Counted from the first letter of the stretch, positions 19,559 through 29,243 are shown. The stretch: DNA of 64,000 nt from an uncultured Chloroflexia bacterium (GCA_963759405.1 CAVWZA010000019.1:1314-65313); one strand, 5' to 3'. Translations and numbers: made by a program. The notes: generated by a model from the sequence alone, not told the origin.

Positions 19559-20232
19559 TCTGGCAGGGTCACGAACCACAGCAACCCGGTCGGCGGCGGC
19601 AAGCTGCGGATGTCGCAGCCACGCCGTCGCCGGTCGGCCCTGCGAGCGAGAACCGCGCGAACAGCGTCGGGTGCGAGGCGATCACGCGCCTCGCCGTCCG
19701 CGACTCGGTCACGATCAGCGCGGGCAGCACGCCGCGCACGCTCGGGCCAACCCGTGGACGCTGCCAGGCTCCGGCCGAGCCGCACCTTGACGTCGATCCT
19801 GCCCGAGCGTCTCTTGGACGTCGCCGATCGCGCTCTTCACCTCGACTGACGAGCAGGCATGCGGTCGGTGCGTGGTAGGCAAGCAGGTCCACGCGACCGC
19901 GGTCGCCGTAGTGGTTGAAGCTGAGCTCGACGGCTGTGAGCCAGCCCAGCGAGCGCAGCGAGGCGGCGGCGCGCTCCTGCGATGGCCGCGTGGCAGCGAT
20001 CGATGAGCCGGTCGAGACGCTCGCCTTGCCATCGGACGCGTGATGTCGACTGACGCGCCCAGAGCCTGCAACCGCGCTCGATCCGACCCGAGCGAAACGC
20101 GACGAATGAGGCCCCGCTCAACTCGCGAGACGACGTGTCGCGAAGTGCCGGCATGCGTCGGCCGAGATCCTGCTGGCGCCAGCCGCGCTGGCGGCGGAGG
20201 TGACGGACAGCGCGAGGCAGGTTCGATCGCAT
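19513..20232 (-). pseudogene. XRE-family HTH protein with nuclease-like C-terminal domain; heavily frame-shifted
   Basis: N-terminus LPRAVRHLRRQRGWRQQDLG... Later pieces are scattered over all three minus frames: ..VRWQGERLDRLIDRCHAAI.., ..VDLLAYHAPTACLLVS.., ..EVKSAIGDVQETLG.., ..RLGRSLAASTGWP.., ..ALIVTESRTARRVIASHPTLFARF.., ..GLLWFVTLPDAHG... At least 5 frame switches occur in about 0.7 kb. Confidence 0.5.
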
Positions 20233-20269
20233 CCGCTGAATGATGGTGTCGAGCCGATTACCAGCCCGT

Positions 20270-20275
20270 TACCCT
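20270..20275 (+). promoter_or_regulatory. -10-like box TACCCT, 7 nt upstream of ATG 20283
   Basis: gtTACCCTgtggccgATGcca. Confidence 0.35.
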
Positions 20276-20282
20276 GTGGCCG

Positions 20283-20558
20283 ATGCCAGACATGACGTAC
20301 GAAGACCTCATGGAGCTGGCCCGACGCAGCGAGGGCAAGCGCCTCGAGACGGTAACCGGCAAGGCGTTCACCGTGGGGATCGCGCGGACCGGGGAGATCT
20401 TCTTCACGCCCGCCTCGAGCGGCTACGGGCAGAGCGATGGCCGCAAGGCTGCGGAGCGGTTCCTCCAGCGATACAACGAGATCGGCAGCATGCGTCCGGG
20501 CGACTACGCCGGCGTCACCAGGAATGCCTCCTACTTCATCGGCCTCCTGCGCCAATGA
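20283..20558 (+). CDS. hypothetical 91-aa protein
   Basis: Intact high-GC3 ORF. Its stop overlaps the start of the next gene (ATGA). No family recognised. Confidence 0.55.
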   Translation: MPDMTYEDLMELARRSEGKRLETVTGKAFTVGIARTGEIFFTPASSGYGQSDGRKAAERFLQRYNEIGSMRPGDYAGVTRNASYFIGLLRQ

Positions 20559-21397
20559 CGGCACCTCGCGAAGACGGCAAGCTCACCGTCGCGCTCATCT
20601 CGGAGGTCTACTGGGAGGCCGATGGGCCCCAGCGCCTGAAAGAGCGCCTCGCCGAGGCCTCGGACCGCGGGGCCGACCTCGCGGTCCTGCCGGAGCTCCC
20701 GCTGAACCGATGGAGCCCGGCGACCAAGGAGGTCCAGGACGAGGACGCCGAGGGAATGGACGGCGAGCGGGCCCGAACCCAGGCCGAGGCGGCGGCCGAG
20801 GCCGGCATCGGTCTGGTGGGAGGCATCATCCACCGCGACTCAGACGGGCGGCGGACCAGCCGCGCCCTGGTCTTCGACAGCAACGGCAAGCTCGCGGCGA
20901 CCTACGAGAAGCTGCACCTCCCCGAGGAGGAGGGCTTCTGGGAGACGAGCCACTACGAGCCCGGCACGGAGGCGCCGAAGCGGATCGATGCCTTCGGGGT
21001 GCCGATCGGCGTGCAGCTGTGCTCGGACAACAACCGTCCGGAGGGCACGCACCTGCTCGGGGCCCAGGGAGTGATCGCCACCATCAACCCCCGGGCCAGC
21101 GAGGAGCGCACCTACCAGCGCTGGAAGACGGTCTGGCGCGCGAACGCGCTGACGAGCTGCTGCTACGTGCTGAGCGTCAACCGGCCGTATCCGGAGGAGG
21201 GCGTGCTGATCGGCGGACCGAGCGTCGTCATCGACCCGAGCGGCAATGCCATCGTGGAGACCACCGACACCCTGGCGCTCGTCACCCTCGATGCGAAGGT
21301 CGTGACCGAGGCGCGCCGCGCCTACCCTGGCTACCTGCCCATCCCCGCGCGGCTGTACGCCGATGCGTGGGCGGAGATCGCCGGCCGGGACGGGTAG
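20555..21397 (+). CDS. carbon-nitrogen hydrolase (nitrilase superfamily, amidase type)
   Basis: Glu-Lys-Cys triad context: ..LAVLPELPL.., ..YEKLHLPEEEGFWE.., ..GVQLCSDNNRPEG... The start is M106 of ORF 20240... Confidence 0.8.
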   Translation: MTAPREDGKLTVALISEVYWEADGPQRLKERLAEASDRGADLAVLPELPLNRWSPATKEVQDEDAEGMDGERARTQAEAAAEAGIGLVGGIIHRDSDGRRTSRALVFDSNGKLAATYEKLHLPEEEGFWETSHYEPGTEAPKRIDAFGVPIGVQLCSDNNRPEGTHLLGAQGVIATINPRASEERTYQRWKTVWRANALTSCCYVLSVNRPYPEEGVLIGGPSVVIDPSGNAIVETTDTLALVTLDAKVVTEARRAYPGYLPIPARLYADAWAEIAGRDG

Positions 21398-21410
21398 AGG
21401 AGCGAGCGGC

Positions 21411-22175
21411 TCAGCCCTCGGCGAGCCGGAACTGGCCCCTTGCGATGAGGATGTCGCCCGTATAGACCCGCAGCTCGTAGAGTCCCGGGCCCCAGTCGGT
21501 CACGAACGCGCCGGCATCGGGGCCGACGAACCCGTCGGAGCTCGAGGCCGGGTCGACCCGCAGCTGGTTTCCGGCGGCGGCCACGATCTCGTCGCCGGCG
21601 GTGCCGTCGTCATTGACGCGGACGACCTGCTCGCCGATGGTCGCCACGCCGAACGGCTCGGTGGTGGTGATCGAGTGCGCGAAGGTCATGCCCGGCGTGA
21701 AGGTATCGACCGGATCCACGACCTGCTTGTTGGCGTCGAGCTGCGTCCCGAAGACGAGCGTGCCCGGCAGTGCCGGGGTCGGTGACGGCACCGGCGCAAC
21801 CGATGTCGACGCCGATGGCGCCACCGATGCTGGAGCCTCCGACGGGATTTCCGTGGCGCTCGGCGTGGGCGTGGGTGCCGCGCCGACGGTCGGATCGATC
21901 GGGTTCAGGCTCGAGATGAAGAGCCCCAGCAGCAGCGCGGCGAAGATGGTGCCGATGACGGCTGCGAGCGAGATGAGCGATTCACGGTCGGTGGGGTAGC
22001 GTCCGGTCGGGACGATGCGCGCCTGACCGTGTCGCAGAACGACGCCGCACGAACGGCAGACCTGCGCCCATTCCGGGTTCGCGCGGCCGCAGTTAAAGCA
22101 GTCGACGGTCTCGTCGGTCATCGGGGTCGCGCAGTCCTCCTCAGGCATCGGCCGCTGGCGGCCAGAGCCTAGCAT
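21411..22175 (-). CDS. zinc-ribbon, single-pass membrane protein with Pro/Thr/Ser linker and extracytoplasmic beta-rich domain
   Basis: CFNCG..CRSCG zinc ribbon, TM segment LISLAAVIGTIFAALLLGLFI, then a PTPTPSATEIPSEAP linker. The start may be an internal ATG (22148 or 22121). Confidence 0.65.
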   Translation of the reverse strand: MLGSGRQRPMPEEDCATPMTDETVDCFNCGRANPEWAQVCRSCGVVLRHGQARIVPTGRYPTDRESLISLAAVIGTIFAALLLGLFISSLNPIDPTVGAAPTPTPSATEIPSEAPASVAPSASTSVAPVPSPTPALPGTLVFGTQLDANKQVVDPVDTFTPGMTFAHSITTTEPFGVATIGEQVVRVNDDGTAGDEIVAAAGNQLRVDPASSSDGFVGPDAGAFVTDWGPGLYELRVYTGDILIARGQFRLAEG

Positions 22176-22192
22176 GCAGGTGGCCGCCGGCG

Positions 22193-23834
22193 GTGAGAAC
22201 GCCGACGGCCGAGTGGCCGACCCCGCAACGGGTCAACCGCCGAGAGTCTACCCGTGGACGATCCGGCTCGTACCATGCCGTGGTGGCAACGACGGAGACG
22301 GACGCGCGGACGGGCATCGCCGCGGCGATCGGCGTCGTCGCGGCCCTCGCCGGCGCGACCGCCCTGGTCGCCGCCCTCGAAGCCGGCCTGAGGCTGGACA
22401 ACGCCTCATCGGTCTATCTCGTCGCCGTCGCCGTCGTGGCGATTCGCTGGGGGACCCTGCCGGCCATCATCACCGCGCTCGGCGGGTTCCTCGTCTACAA
22501 CCTGCTCTTCGTCGAGCCGCGCAACACGTTCGCCGTGGCGTCGCCGGAGGAGCTCCTGAACCTGCTGCTGCTTCTCTTCGTCGGCGTCGTCATCGGCCGC
22601 CTGGCGGGAAACCAGCGAGATCGCGAGCGCGTCGCGCAGCGACGTGAGCGTGAGGCACGGGCGCAGTTCGCCATCACGCGAGAGCTCGCGACGGCGCCTC
22701 GGCTGCCGCAGGCGATGCAGGCCGTCGTCGAGCGCATCGGCCGCGAGACCTGGTTCCGCCGAATCTGGATCGGCCTCGGAGCCACGGTCGCCCAGGAGCG
22801 AGTGGCCGCCGATACGGAACCCGGCCGGCCGATGCCGGCGATCGGCACGCACGCCGTGCTCCGGCGGGACCGCGAGGAAGGCGCCGCAGTCTGGACCCGG
22901 ATCAATCCGAGCCGAGGTGTGCACGAGGCGGCGGACGGCCTCTATCGCGTCGAGCTGCGAGCCGACGACGAGTCGTTGGGATCGCTCTGGGTCCGGCGGG
23001 ACCGCGCCGACGGCAATCCTCAGCTCGAGGAGACGCGTCTGCTCGCGGCGGCTGCGGATCAGATCGCACAGGCGCTGCGTCGCGATCGCCTGGCGACCCG
23101 CGCGGCGGACCTCGAGATCGAGCGGCGCAGCGACGAGCTCCGCAGCGCGCTCCTCGATTCCGTCTCGCACGACCTGCGGACGCCGCTCGCCAGCATTCGG
23201 GCAGCGGCAGGTGGCCTCGCCGACCCGGCCGTCGAACCGGATCTCGATGCGGTCCGATCGACGGCGCGCACGATCGACGAGGAGGCCGAGCGCCTCAACC
23301 GCCTGGTCGGAACGCTCCTGGACATGAGCCGCATCCAGGCCGGCTCCCTGGTCGCCGAGATCGATGTCATCCCGCTCAGCGAGCTGGTGGAGCCGGCCGT
23401 TGCGCGCATGCGCTCGCAGCTCGCCGATCACTCCGTCACGGTCGACCTGCCTCCGGATCTCCCCAGCGTCCGGGCCGATGCGACGCTCCTGAGCCAGGCG
23501 CTGAGCAACCTGCTGGAGAATGCCGCTCGCCATACGCCGCCGGGATCGCCGATCGCGATTCGCGCGTCGAGCCGCCCCGATCGCGGCGCCGTGACGCTGG
23601 TCGTTGAGGATGGCGGCGCCGGCGTCACGCCGGAGGCGCTGCCACACCTGTTCGAGCGGTTCTACCGCGTGCCGCGTTCGGGCCCGGGTGGCGCCCGGCG
23701 GGGATTCGGGCTCGGCCTCTCCGTCGTGGAGGGGCTGGTGGTGGCCATGGGCGGAACCGTGCACGCGGACCAGAGCCAGCTCGGCGGCCTGGCGGTCACG
23801 CCTCGAGCTGCCCGCGGATCCCGGACGGTCGTGA
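22193..23834 (+). CDS. kdpD: KdpD-like sensor histidine kinase lacking the N-terminal KdpD/Usp module; one frame break near the 3' end
   Basis: DUF4118-type membrane part (..SSVYLVAVAVVAIRWGTLPAIITALGGFLVYNLLFVEP..), GAF-like linker, H-box SHDLRTPLASI, N-box LLENAARHTP, G-box DGGAGV..GFGLGLS. An extra C at 23801 shifts the last codons; the corrected end is ..GGLAVT/LELPADPGRS* with TGA at 23832-23834. Confidence 0.8.
22271..22276 (+). promoter_or_regulatory. -10-like box TACCAT, 6 nt upstream of GTG 22283 (kinase frame)
   Basis: tcgTACCATgccgtgGTGgca. This suggests the kinase starts at 22280/22283 rather than 22193. Confidence 0.3.
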
Positions 23835-24568
23835 CCGACGCCATCCGGGTCAGGCTGCTCCTGGTCGAGGACGACGAGCCGACCCGTCGCGCCGTCGCGG
23901 CCAACCTGGCCGCCCACGGCTACGAGGTGCGCGAGGCGCCCGACGGCGAGGAGGCGCTCCGACTCTGGGAGCAGGGACGCCCCGATCTCGTGCTGCTCGA
24001 CCTCGGGCTGCCCGGAATCGACGGACTGGCGGTCGTGCGACGCATCCGGCGAGAGGCGACCACGCCGATCATCATCCTCTCCGCCCTCGACCAGGAGCGC
24101 GACAAGGTGGCCGCGCTCGATGCCGGCGCGGACGACTACCTGACCAAGCCCTTCGGAATGGCCGAGCTGCAGGCACGCGTTCGCGCCGCGATGCGGCGCG
24201 TGCTCGGGCCGGATGCCGAGGCGGGCGGCCAGGTCCGCATCGGCCCGCTGGAGCTGGATCCCGCGCGGCGGCGGGTGACGATCAATGACGAGGAGCTGCA
24301 CCTCACACCTCGCGAATACGAGCTGCTCAAGGCGCTGATCGCGAATGCCGGACGGGTGGTCAGCCGCGGGCGGCTGCTGCGCGCGGTCTGGGGCGTCGAG
24401 TACGCGAACGAGAGCCACTACCTCCACGTCCACGTCGCCGGCATCCGTCGCAGGATCGCCAGCGCCGACCCGGAGGGCTACCTCGCCGATCTCATCGTGG
24501 CCGAGCCGGGCGTCGGCTACCGCGTGCGGGACGCGGAGGATCTTGCCGCGGGGCGCGAGGGTTCTTGA
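23831..24568 (+). CDS. kdpE: OmpR/KdpE-type response regulator
   Basis: GTG 23831 overlaps the corrected kinase stop (GTGA). Receiver domain LLLVEDDEP..DLVLLDLGLPGIDG..LTKPF. Winged helix ..LTPREYELLKAL..GYRV... Confidence 0.85.
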   Translation: MTDAIRVRLLLVEDDEPTRRAVAANLAAHGYEVREAPDGEEALRLWEQGRPDLVLLDLGLPGIDGLAVVRRIRREATTPIIILSALDQERDKVAALDAGADDYLTKPFGMAELQARVRAAMRRVLGPDAEAGGQVRIGPLELDPARRRVTINDEELHLTPREYELLKALIANAGRVVSRGRLLRAVWGVEYANESHYLHVHVAGIRRRIASADPEGYLADLIVAEPGVGYRVRDAEDLAAGREGS

Positions 24569-24582
24569 GCGCTTCTTGAGCG
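24562..24582 (+). promoter_or_regulatory. tandem direct repeat TTCTTGAGCG x2 with 11-bp period; candidate OmpR-family binding site
   Basis: 24562..24571 and 24573..24582 are identical. The repeat overlaps the kdpE stop and lies ~57-77 nt upstream of ATG 24639. Confidence 0.4.
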
Positions 24583-24638
24583 TGCGACGCGGCCCTCGAA
24601 GCCCGTTTCCTCTTGGTGTGTGGTGGGACGGTGAGGAC

Positions 24639-24875
24639 ATGGCACATGACGAGCCACCGCACATCGACAGCGCGCTCGATCCCATTCGAGCGGCCATCCG
24701 CATGGTCGCCGATGGATCGGCGAAGCGGGTGACGGTCTACACGCCGGAGACGCCCCGGCTCCTGCCGGCCGCCCGGATGCTGGCACGCGCGGCCGGTGTC
24801 GCGATCGAGTCGGCCGACGAGACCGATACCGATCCCGACCTCGCGGTGATCCCCGATCACCCCCGCACCGCCTGA
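24639..24875 (+). CDS. hypothetical 78-aa protein, translationally close-coupled to kimA
   Basis: ATG preceded by GGTGAGGA. High-GC3 frame. The stop lies 2 nt before the kimA GTG. No family recognised. Confidence 0.5.
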   Translation: MAHDEPPHIDSALDPIRAAIRMVADGSAKRVTVYTPETPRLLPAARMLARAAGVAIESADETDTDPDLAVIPDHPRTA

Positions 24876-24877
24876 GC

Positions 24878-26900
24878 GTGGTCGAAAAGCGGATCGATCC
24901 GCATCTCGAGGTCCGGGAGGCACGGCGCGGGAGGCGTCCCGGGGATGCCTACGTCAAGATCGTCCGTCCCTACGAGGAGATCTTCGAGCGCGGCGACGAC
25001 GGCGAGCTGATCGCGACCGAACGGACCGTCCTCGACCGACCGGGCTGGACGCGGACGCTCCGGCGAGTTCGGACGACGCTCATCGGGCGTCCGATCCACA
25101 GCGAGCGCGAGGAGCACGAGCGCCTCACGAAGACGAAGGCGCTCGCCATCTTCAGCAGCGACAACATCAGCTCATCGGCCTATGCGACCGAGGAGATGAT
25201 GCGGATCCTGGTGCTGGCCGGGATCGGCGCCATCTCGCTCACGATGCCGCTCACGATCACGATCTGCCTGGTCCTGGCGATCGTGGCGACCAGCTACTGG
25301 CAGACGATCCGCGCCTACCCGAACGGGGCGAGCAGCTACCTCGTCTCCAGCGACAACCTCGGCAGCACCGCCGGGCTCGTGGCCGGCGGCTCGCTGCTCA
25401 TCGACTACACGCTGACCGTGGCGGTCTCGGTGTCGGCGGCGGTGGCCGCCATCACGTCGGTGATCCCTGAGCTGTTCCCCGAACGGGTGCTGTTGGCTGT
25501 CGGCATCGTGCTGCTGCTCATGCTCGGGAACCTCCGCGGCGTTCGCGAGTCGGGCACGATCTTCATGGCGCCGACCTACGTGTACATCGTGGCCATCCTG
25601 GCGATGGTCGGCATCGGTCTCGTGCGGTCCGCGACCGGCACGCTGCCCGAGTACACGCCACCAGCGGAGTGGCTCACCGCCGAGGCCGGCGGCAGCGCGC
25701 TCGGGATCTTCCTGATCCTCCGCGCGTTCAGCTCCGGCGCCGCGGCATTGACGGGCGTGGAGGCGATCTCCGACGGCGTTCCCGCGTTCAAGCCGCCCGA
25801 GTGGCGGAACGCGCGCATCACGCTCATCTGGGCGGCCGGGATCTTCGCCGCCCTCTTCCTGGGCATCAGCTTCATGGCGAGCACGATCGGCATCGTTCCC
25901 GACCCGTCGGAGGAGAACACGGTGCTCTCGCAGATCGCCCGTGTGGTGGTGGGGGATGGCGCCTTCTTCATCGTCATCCAGGTCGCGACCGTCCTCGTCC
26001 TGGCGCTGGCAGCCAACACCGCCTTCGCCGACTTCCCACGCCTGTCGTCGTTCCTCGCGCGCGACTCGTTCATGCCGCGACAGTTCGCCTTCCGCGGTGA
26101 GCGGCTGGCGTTCACGACGGGCATCGTCGCGCTCTCCGGGCTGGCGGCGCTCCTCCTGCTCGTCTTCGACGCGAGCGTGTCGGCGCTCATCCCGCTCTAC
26201 ACGCTCGGCGTGTTCCTCGCCTTCACGCTCTCCCAGTCGAGCATGGTCGTTCGATGGTGGCGGCGTCGCGAGCAGGGCTGGCGGCGGGGGATCGCGATCA
26301 ACGGGCTCGGCGCCGCTGACGACCGGGGTCATCGCGCTCATCGTCGTCGAGAGCAAGTTCCTGGCGGGCGCGTGGATGGTCGTCATCGCCATCCCGCTGC
26401 TCGTGCTGCTCATGCTCGCCATCCGCGGGCACTATCGGTCGGTGGAGCGCGGCCTCGCGCTCGCCCGCATTCCGGCCGGCGGCCGCTCGGCGGCACGCCC
26501 GATCGTGATCGTGCCGATCGCCCGGCTCGATGAGCCCGCCCGGCAGGCGATCGCCTTCGCGAACTCGATCTCCGACGAGGCCACGGCCGTCCACGTCACC
26601 AACGATGCCGATACGGCCGATGACCTTCGCCGCCAGTGGCCGGAGTGGTCGGGCGGTGCGGAGCTGGTGGTCATCGAGTCGCCGTACCGCGCGCTCATCG
26701 GTCCGCTGCTGGCGTACCTCGACGTGCTCCAGCGGCAGGACCCGACCCGTCCCGTGCTGGTGGTCCTCTCCGAGTTCGTGCCACGCCACTGGTGGGAGAA
26801 CCTGCTCCACAACCAGACGGCCCTGCGCCTGAAGCTGCGCCTCTTCTCCCGACCGAACACGATCGTGGCCGATGTTCCGTACCGGCTTCGAGTTGACTAG
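24878..26900 (+). CDS. kimA: KimA-type K+/H+ symporter (APC superfamily permease with C-terminal cytoplasmic domain); one frame break
   Basis: Collinear with my recollection of B. subtilis KimA/YdaO: ..LIGRPIHSEREEHERLTKTKALAIFSSDNISSSAYATEE.., ..GGSLLIDYTLTVAVSVSA.., ..LRAFSSGAAALTGVEAISDGVPAFKPPE.., ..LAANTAFADFPRLSSFLARDSFMPRQF.., C-terminal domain ..IVIVPIARLDEP..VLSEFVPRHWWENLLHNQTALRLKLRLF... Break at ~26314 joins ORFs 24878.. and 25941... Confidence 0.8.
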
Positions 26901-26947
26901 ACGCGCCAGCGCGCGAACGCAGAGGCGCATGGTACGTTAGTACCAGT

Positions 26948-27419
26948 ATGGGGAAGTACGGTCCTGCAAGCACACTGGTCGATCGCCTCGTCGCGCGCGC
27001 CGGCGCGTTGACGCTGGATGAGGCGGCCGACATCTACCAGGCTCACGCCGCGCGAGTTCTCATCCAGGGAACCGGAGCCGAGCGCGTCGGGCTTGTCAAG
27101 GCGCGACGGGCCGCCACCCGGGCCGGCCTGCTCGGCGAGTACGAGCGGGCAAGACATGCCGCCGCGTCCGCCTGGCGGCACGGCCTTCCCGAAGACACAG
27201 GGCCCGTGGCTGATGGTCGGTTCGGCGATCGCGAACGCGGCGGGCGCGCTGGTCATCGAGGACAGCCTCGACGACAAGCTGTTCCAGCTGCTCACCGGCC
27301 CCTGGCACCAGGCGATCGGCCAGCTGACGCCGATGGGTCCCGGCATCCTGACGCCGCTCGAGCCCGGAGGTATGGTCGCCGAGCGCTCGAGCTCCCACGC
27401 GCAGCTGGCGGCCCGCTAG
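26948..27419 (+). CDS. hypothetical protein; one frame break
   Basis: ORFs 26948.. and 27018..27419 join at ~27191 (..AASAWRHGLP/KTQGPWLMVGSAIANAAGALVIEDSLDDKLFQLL..). TACGTT lies 9 nt upstream of the ATG. Confidence 0.45.
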
Positions 27420-27510
27420 CTCCTCCTCGCGCGCGTCACTCCTTCCGGTCGCCGCGTTTATTCAACGTGGGCACGCGGCTTGCGATGGCGATCGCATAGC
27501 TACGTGAGGG

Positions 27511-27732
27511 GTGTTCGTGGACAGGCGTCGTATCGCGCTCCAGATTCGCGCTGTCCGCGTCACATTCCGTGTCGAGCAGCCACGCCGCAGCCCCGAGGCG
27601 ATGGCTGCCTTCCGCTCCCGCGCACGAGAGATCCTCGACGGCCTCGAACAGGCCGTCCGGCCGTTCCCCGACCTGGAGCGGGACCTGGCCGATGCTCGCG
27701 CCGAAGTCGACGCGAAGGACCCTACCGCGTAG
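27511..27732 (+). CDS. hypothetical small protein (weak call)
   Basis: 73-aa ORF with high GC3. GTG preceded by GAGGGG. Its 3' end overlaps the convergent receiver gene by 11 nt. Confidence 0.3.
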   Translation: MFVDRRRIALQIRAVRVTFRVEQPRRSPEAMAAFRSRAREILDGLEQAVRPFPDLERDLADARAEVDAKDPTA

Positions 27733-28114
27733 CGGCCTCGGCGAGCAGCTCGTCGATCGATTCCGTCAGATCGTCGATGCTGAACGGCTTGGTGAGCGTC
27801 CCGACATGCCGCATGGTGTCGAGATCGCCCTCGAGCTCCTTCAGCGCGACAACATCGGCGCTGCAGATGAGCACCGGCAGACCGTCGAATGTGGGCTCCG
27901 CGCGCACCTGCTGGGCAATGGCCCATCCGTGCAGCCCGTCCGAGCCCATCCGCAGGTCGATCATCAGCAGGTCCGGCCGGGACGCTCGCACCAGGTCAAG
28001 GGCGTCGGCACGGTCGCCGTCGATGGTGGTCGCCTCGTACCGATCATCCTCGAGGATGTCGTGCACGAGCGCGAGGAACTCGGGATTGTCGTTGACCACG
28101 GTCACGCGAGCCAT
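27722..28114 (-). CDS. stand-alone response-regulator receiver (CheY-like) protein
   Basis: MARVTVVNDNPEF..DLLMIDLRM..LTKPF. ATG 28114 is preceded by GGAGGG, with a TATCCT box further upstream. Confidence 0.8.
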   Translation of the reverse strand: MARVTVVNDNPEFLALVHDILEDDRYEATTIDGDRADALDLVRASRPDLLMIDLRMGSDGLHGWAIAQQVRAEPTFDGLPVLICSADVVALKELEGDLDTMRHVGTLTKPFSIDDLTESIDELLAEAATR

Positions 28115-28247
28115 TGGCGTCCCTCCGTTCGCTCGACTGGTGAGCAAGGAGGATAGCACCGCCGTACGCTGATGACGTCAACGTCGTTCGCGACGTTGCC
28201 GCCTATCTCCTTGATATCCTCCCGCCTGTTCGCATGTAGGGGAAGGC

Positions 28248-29243
28248 ATGAAGGCGGCCCAGCAATTTCGATACGGTTCGCCCGATGTCGTTGAGCTCAG
28301 GGACATCGAACGACCGACACCCGCCGAGGGCCAGGTGCTGGTCCGCGTGCGTGCCGCATCGGTCAATCGAGCCGACCTGGATGGCCTCAAGCCGCGCCCG
28401 GGCTTCATTCGCCCATTCCTGGGCTGGCGCGCGCCGAGGAACCACAACGTCGGCGTGGATGCCGCGGGCGTCGTCGAGAGCGTCGGAGCCGGCGTCACGG
28501 GACTCAAGCCCGGCGACGAGGTCATGGGTGACCTGTTCGTGGGAGGGCAGGGCGGCGCCTTCGCCGAGTACGTCTGCGCGCCGGAGCGTGCGTTCCAGCC
28601 GATACCGGCCGGCATGTCATTCGAGGAGGCGGCAACGCTTCCGCACTCGGCCATCCTGGCGCTGCAGGGCCTCCGCCTCCGCAAGGGACGGACGATCAAG
28701 CCCGGCGACAAGGTCCTGATCGACGGCGCATCGGGCAACGTCGGTCCGTTCGCCGTCCAGATCGCGAAGTCGATGGGCGCGGAGGTGACCGGGGTCTGCA
28801 GCACATCCAAGATGGACATGGTGCGAGCTCTCGGCGCCGATCACGTGATCGACTACAAGACGACCGACTACACGAAGTCGGGCGAGCGGTACGACTGGAT
28901 CGTCGATACCGACTCGCACCACTCGATCTTCCGCGTCCGCCGCGCGCTGAAGCCCGGAGGCGCATACGTGACGCTCGGCGGCGAGACCGGCGACATCCTT
29001 GGCGGGCTGCTGGGTCCCCTGATCTCGCTGTTCAGCGACAAGTGGACGGGCCTGATGCTGTGGTGGAAGCCGATGAATCGGGCCGACGTCGACACGCTGA
29101 AGGAGCTCATCGCCGCCGGCAAGCTCAAGCCGATCATCGATCGGCGCTATCCGCTCAGCCAGATCGTGGAGGCACTCCAGCTCGTCGAGGACCGCGGGGC
29201 CAAGGGCAAGGTCGTCATCAACGTCGACAGCGCGGGGACGTAG
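28248..29243 (+). CDS. NAD(P)-dependent medium-chain dehydrogenase / quinone oxidoreductase family
   Basis: ..EGQVLVRVRAASVNRADL.., cofactor loop IDGASGNVGPFAVQIAK, C-terminus ..GAKGKVVI... Confidence 0.85.
   Translation: MKAAQQFRYGSPDVVELRDIERPTPAEGQVLVRVRAASVNRADLDGLKPRPGFIRPFLGWRAPRNHNVGVDAAGVVESVGAGVTGLKPGDEVMGDLFVGGQGGAFAEYVCAPERAFQPIPAGMSFEEAATLPHSAILALQGLRLRKGRTIKPGDKVLIDGASGNVGPFAVQIAKSMGAEVTGVCSTSKMDMVRALGADHVIDYKTTDYTKSGERYDWIVDTDSHHSIFRVRRALKPGGAYVTLGGETGDILGGLLGPLISLFSDKWTGLMLWWKPMNRADVDTLKELIAAGKLKPIIDRRYPLSQIVEALQLVEDRGAKGKVVINVDSAGT

Noticed and set aside
22193-24568. A 791-aa hybrid histidine kinase-response regulator fusion, as the ORF track suggests.
   Set aside because: A single extra C at 23801 removes the natural kinase terminus. 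The corrected frame reads ..GGLAVTLELPADPGRS*, with TGA at 23832-23834. The regulator then starts at GTG 23831 in a classic GTGA overlap. These are two separate genes, so the fusion is an indel artefact.
24569-24877. A c-di-AMP (ydaO-type) riboswitch upstream of the KimA homologue.
   Set aside because: The spacer is largely occupied by a 78-aa ORF with coding character. I could not recognise the conserved pseudo-symmetric ydaO motif by eye. A covariance-model scan would be needed for a firm negative.
26931-26944. The GGTAC-GTTA-GTACC inverted repeat upstream of 26948 as an operator.
   Set aside because: The arms are only 5 bp, which is easily explained by chance, and there is no adjacent regulator gene.
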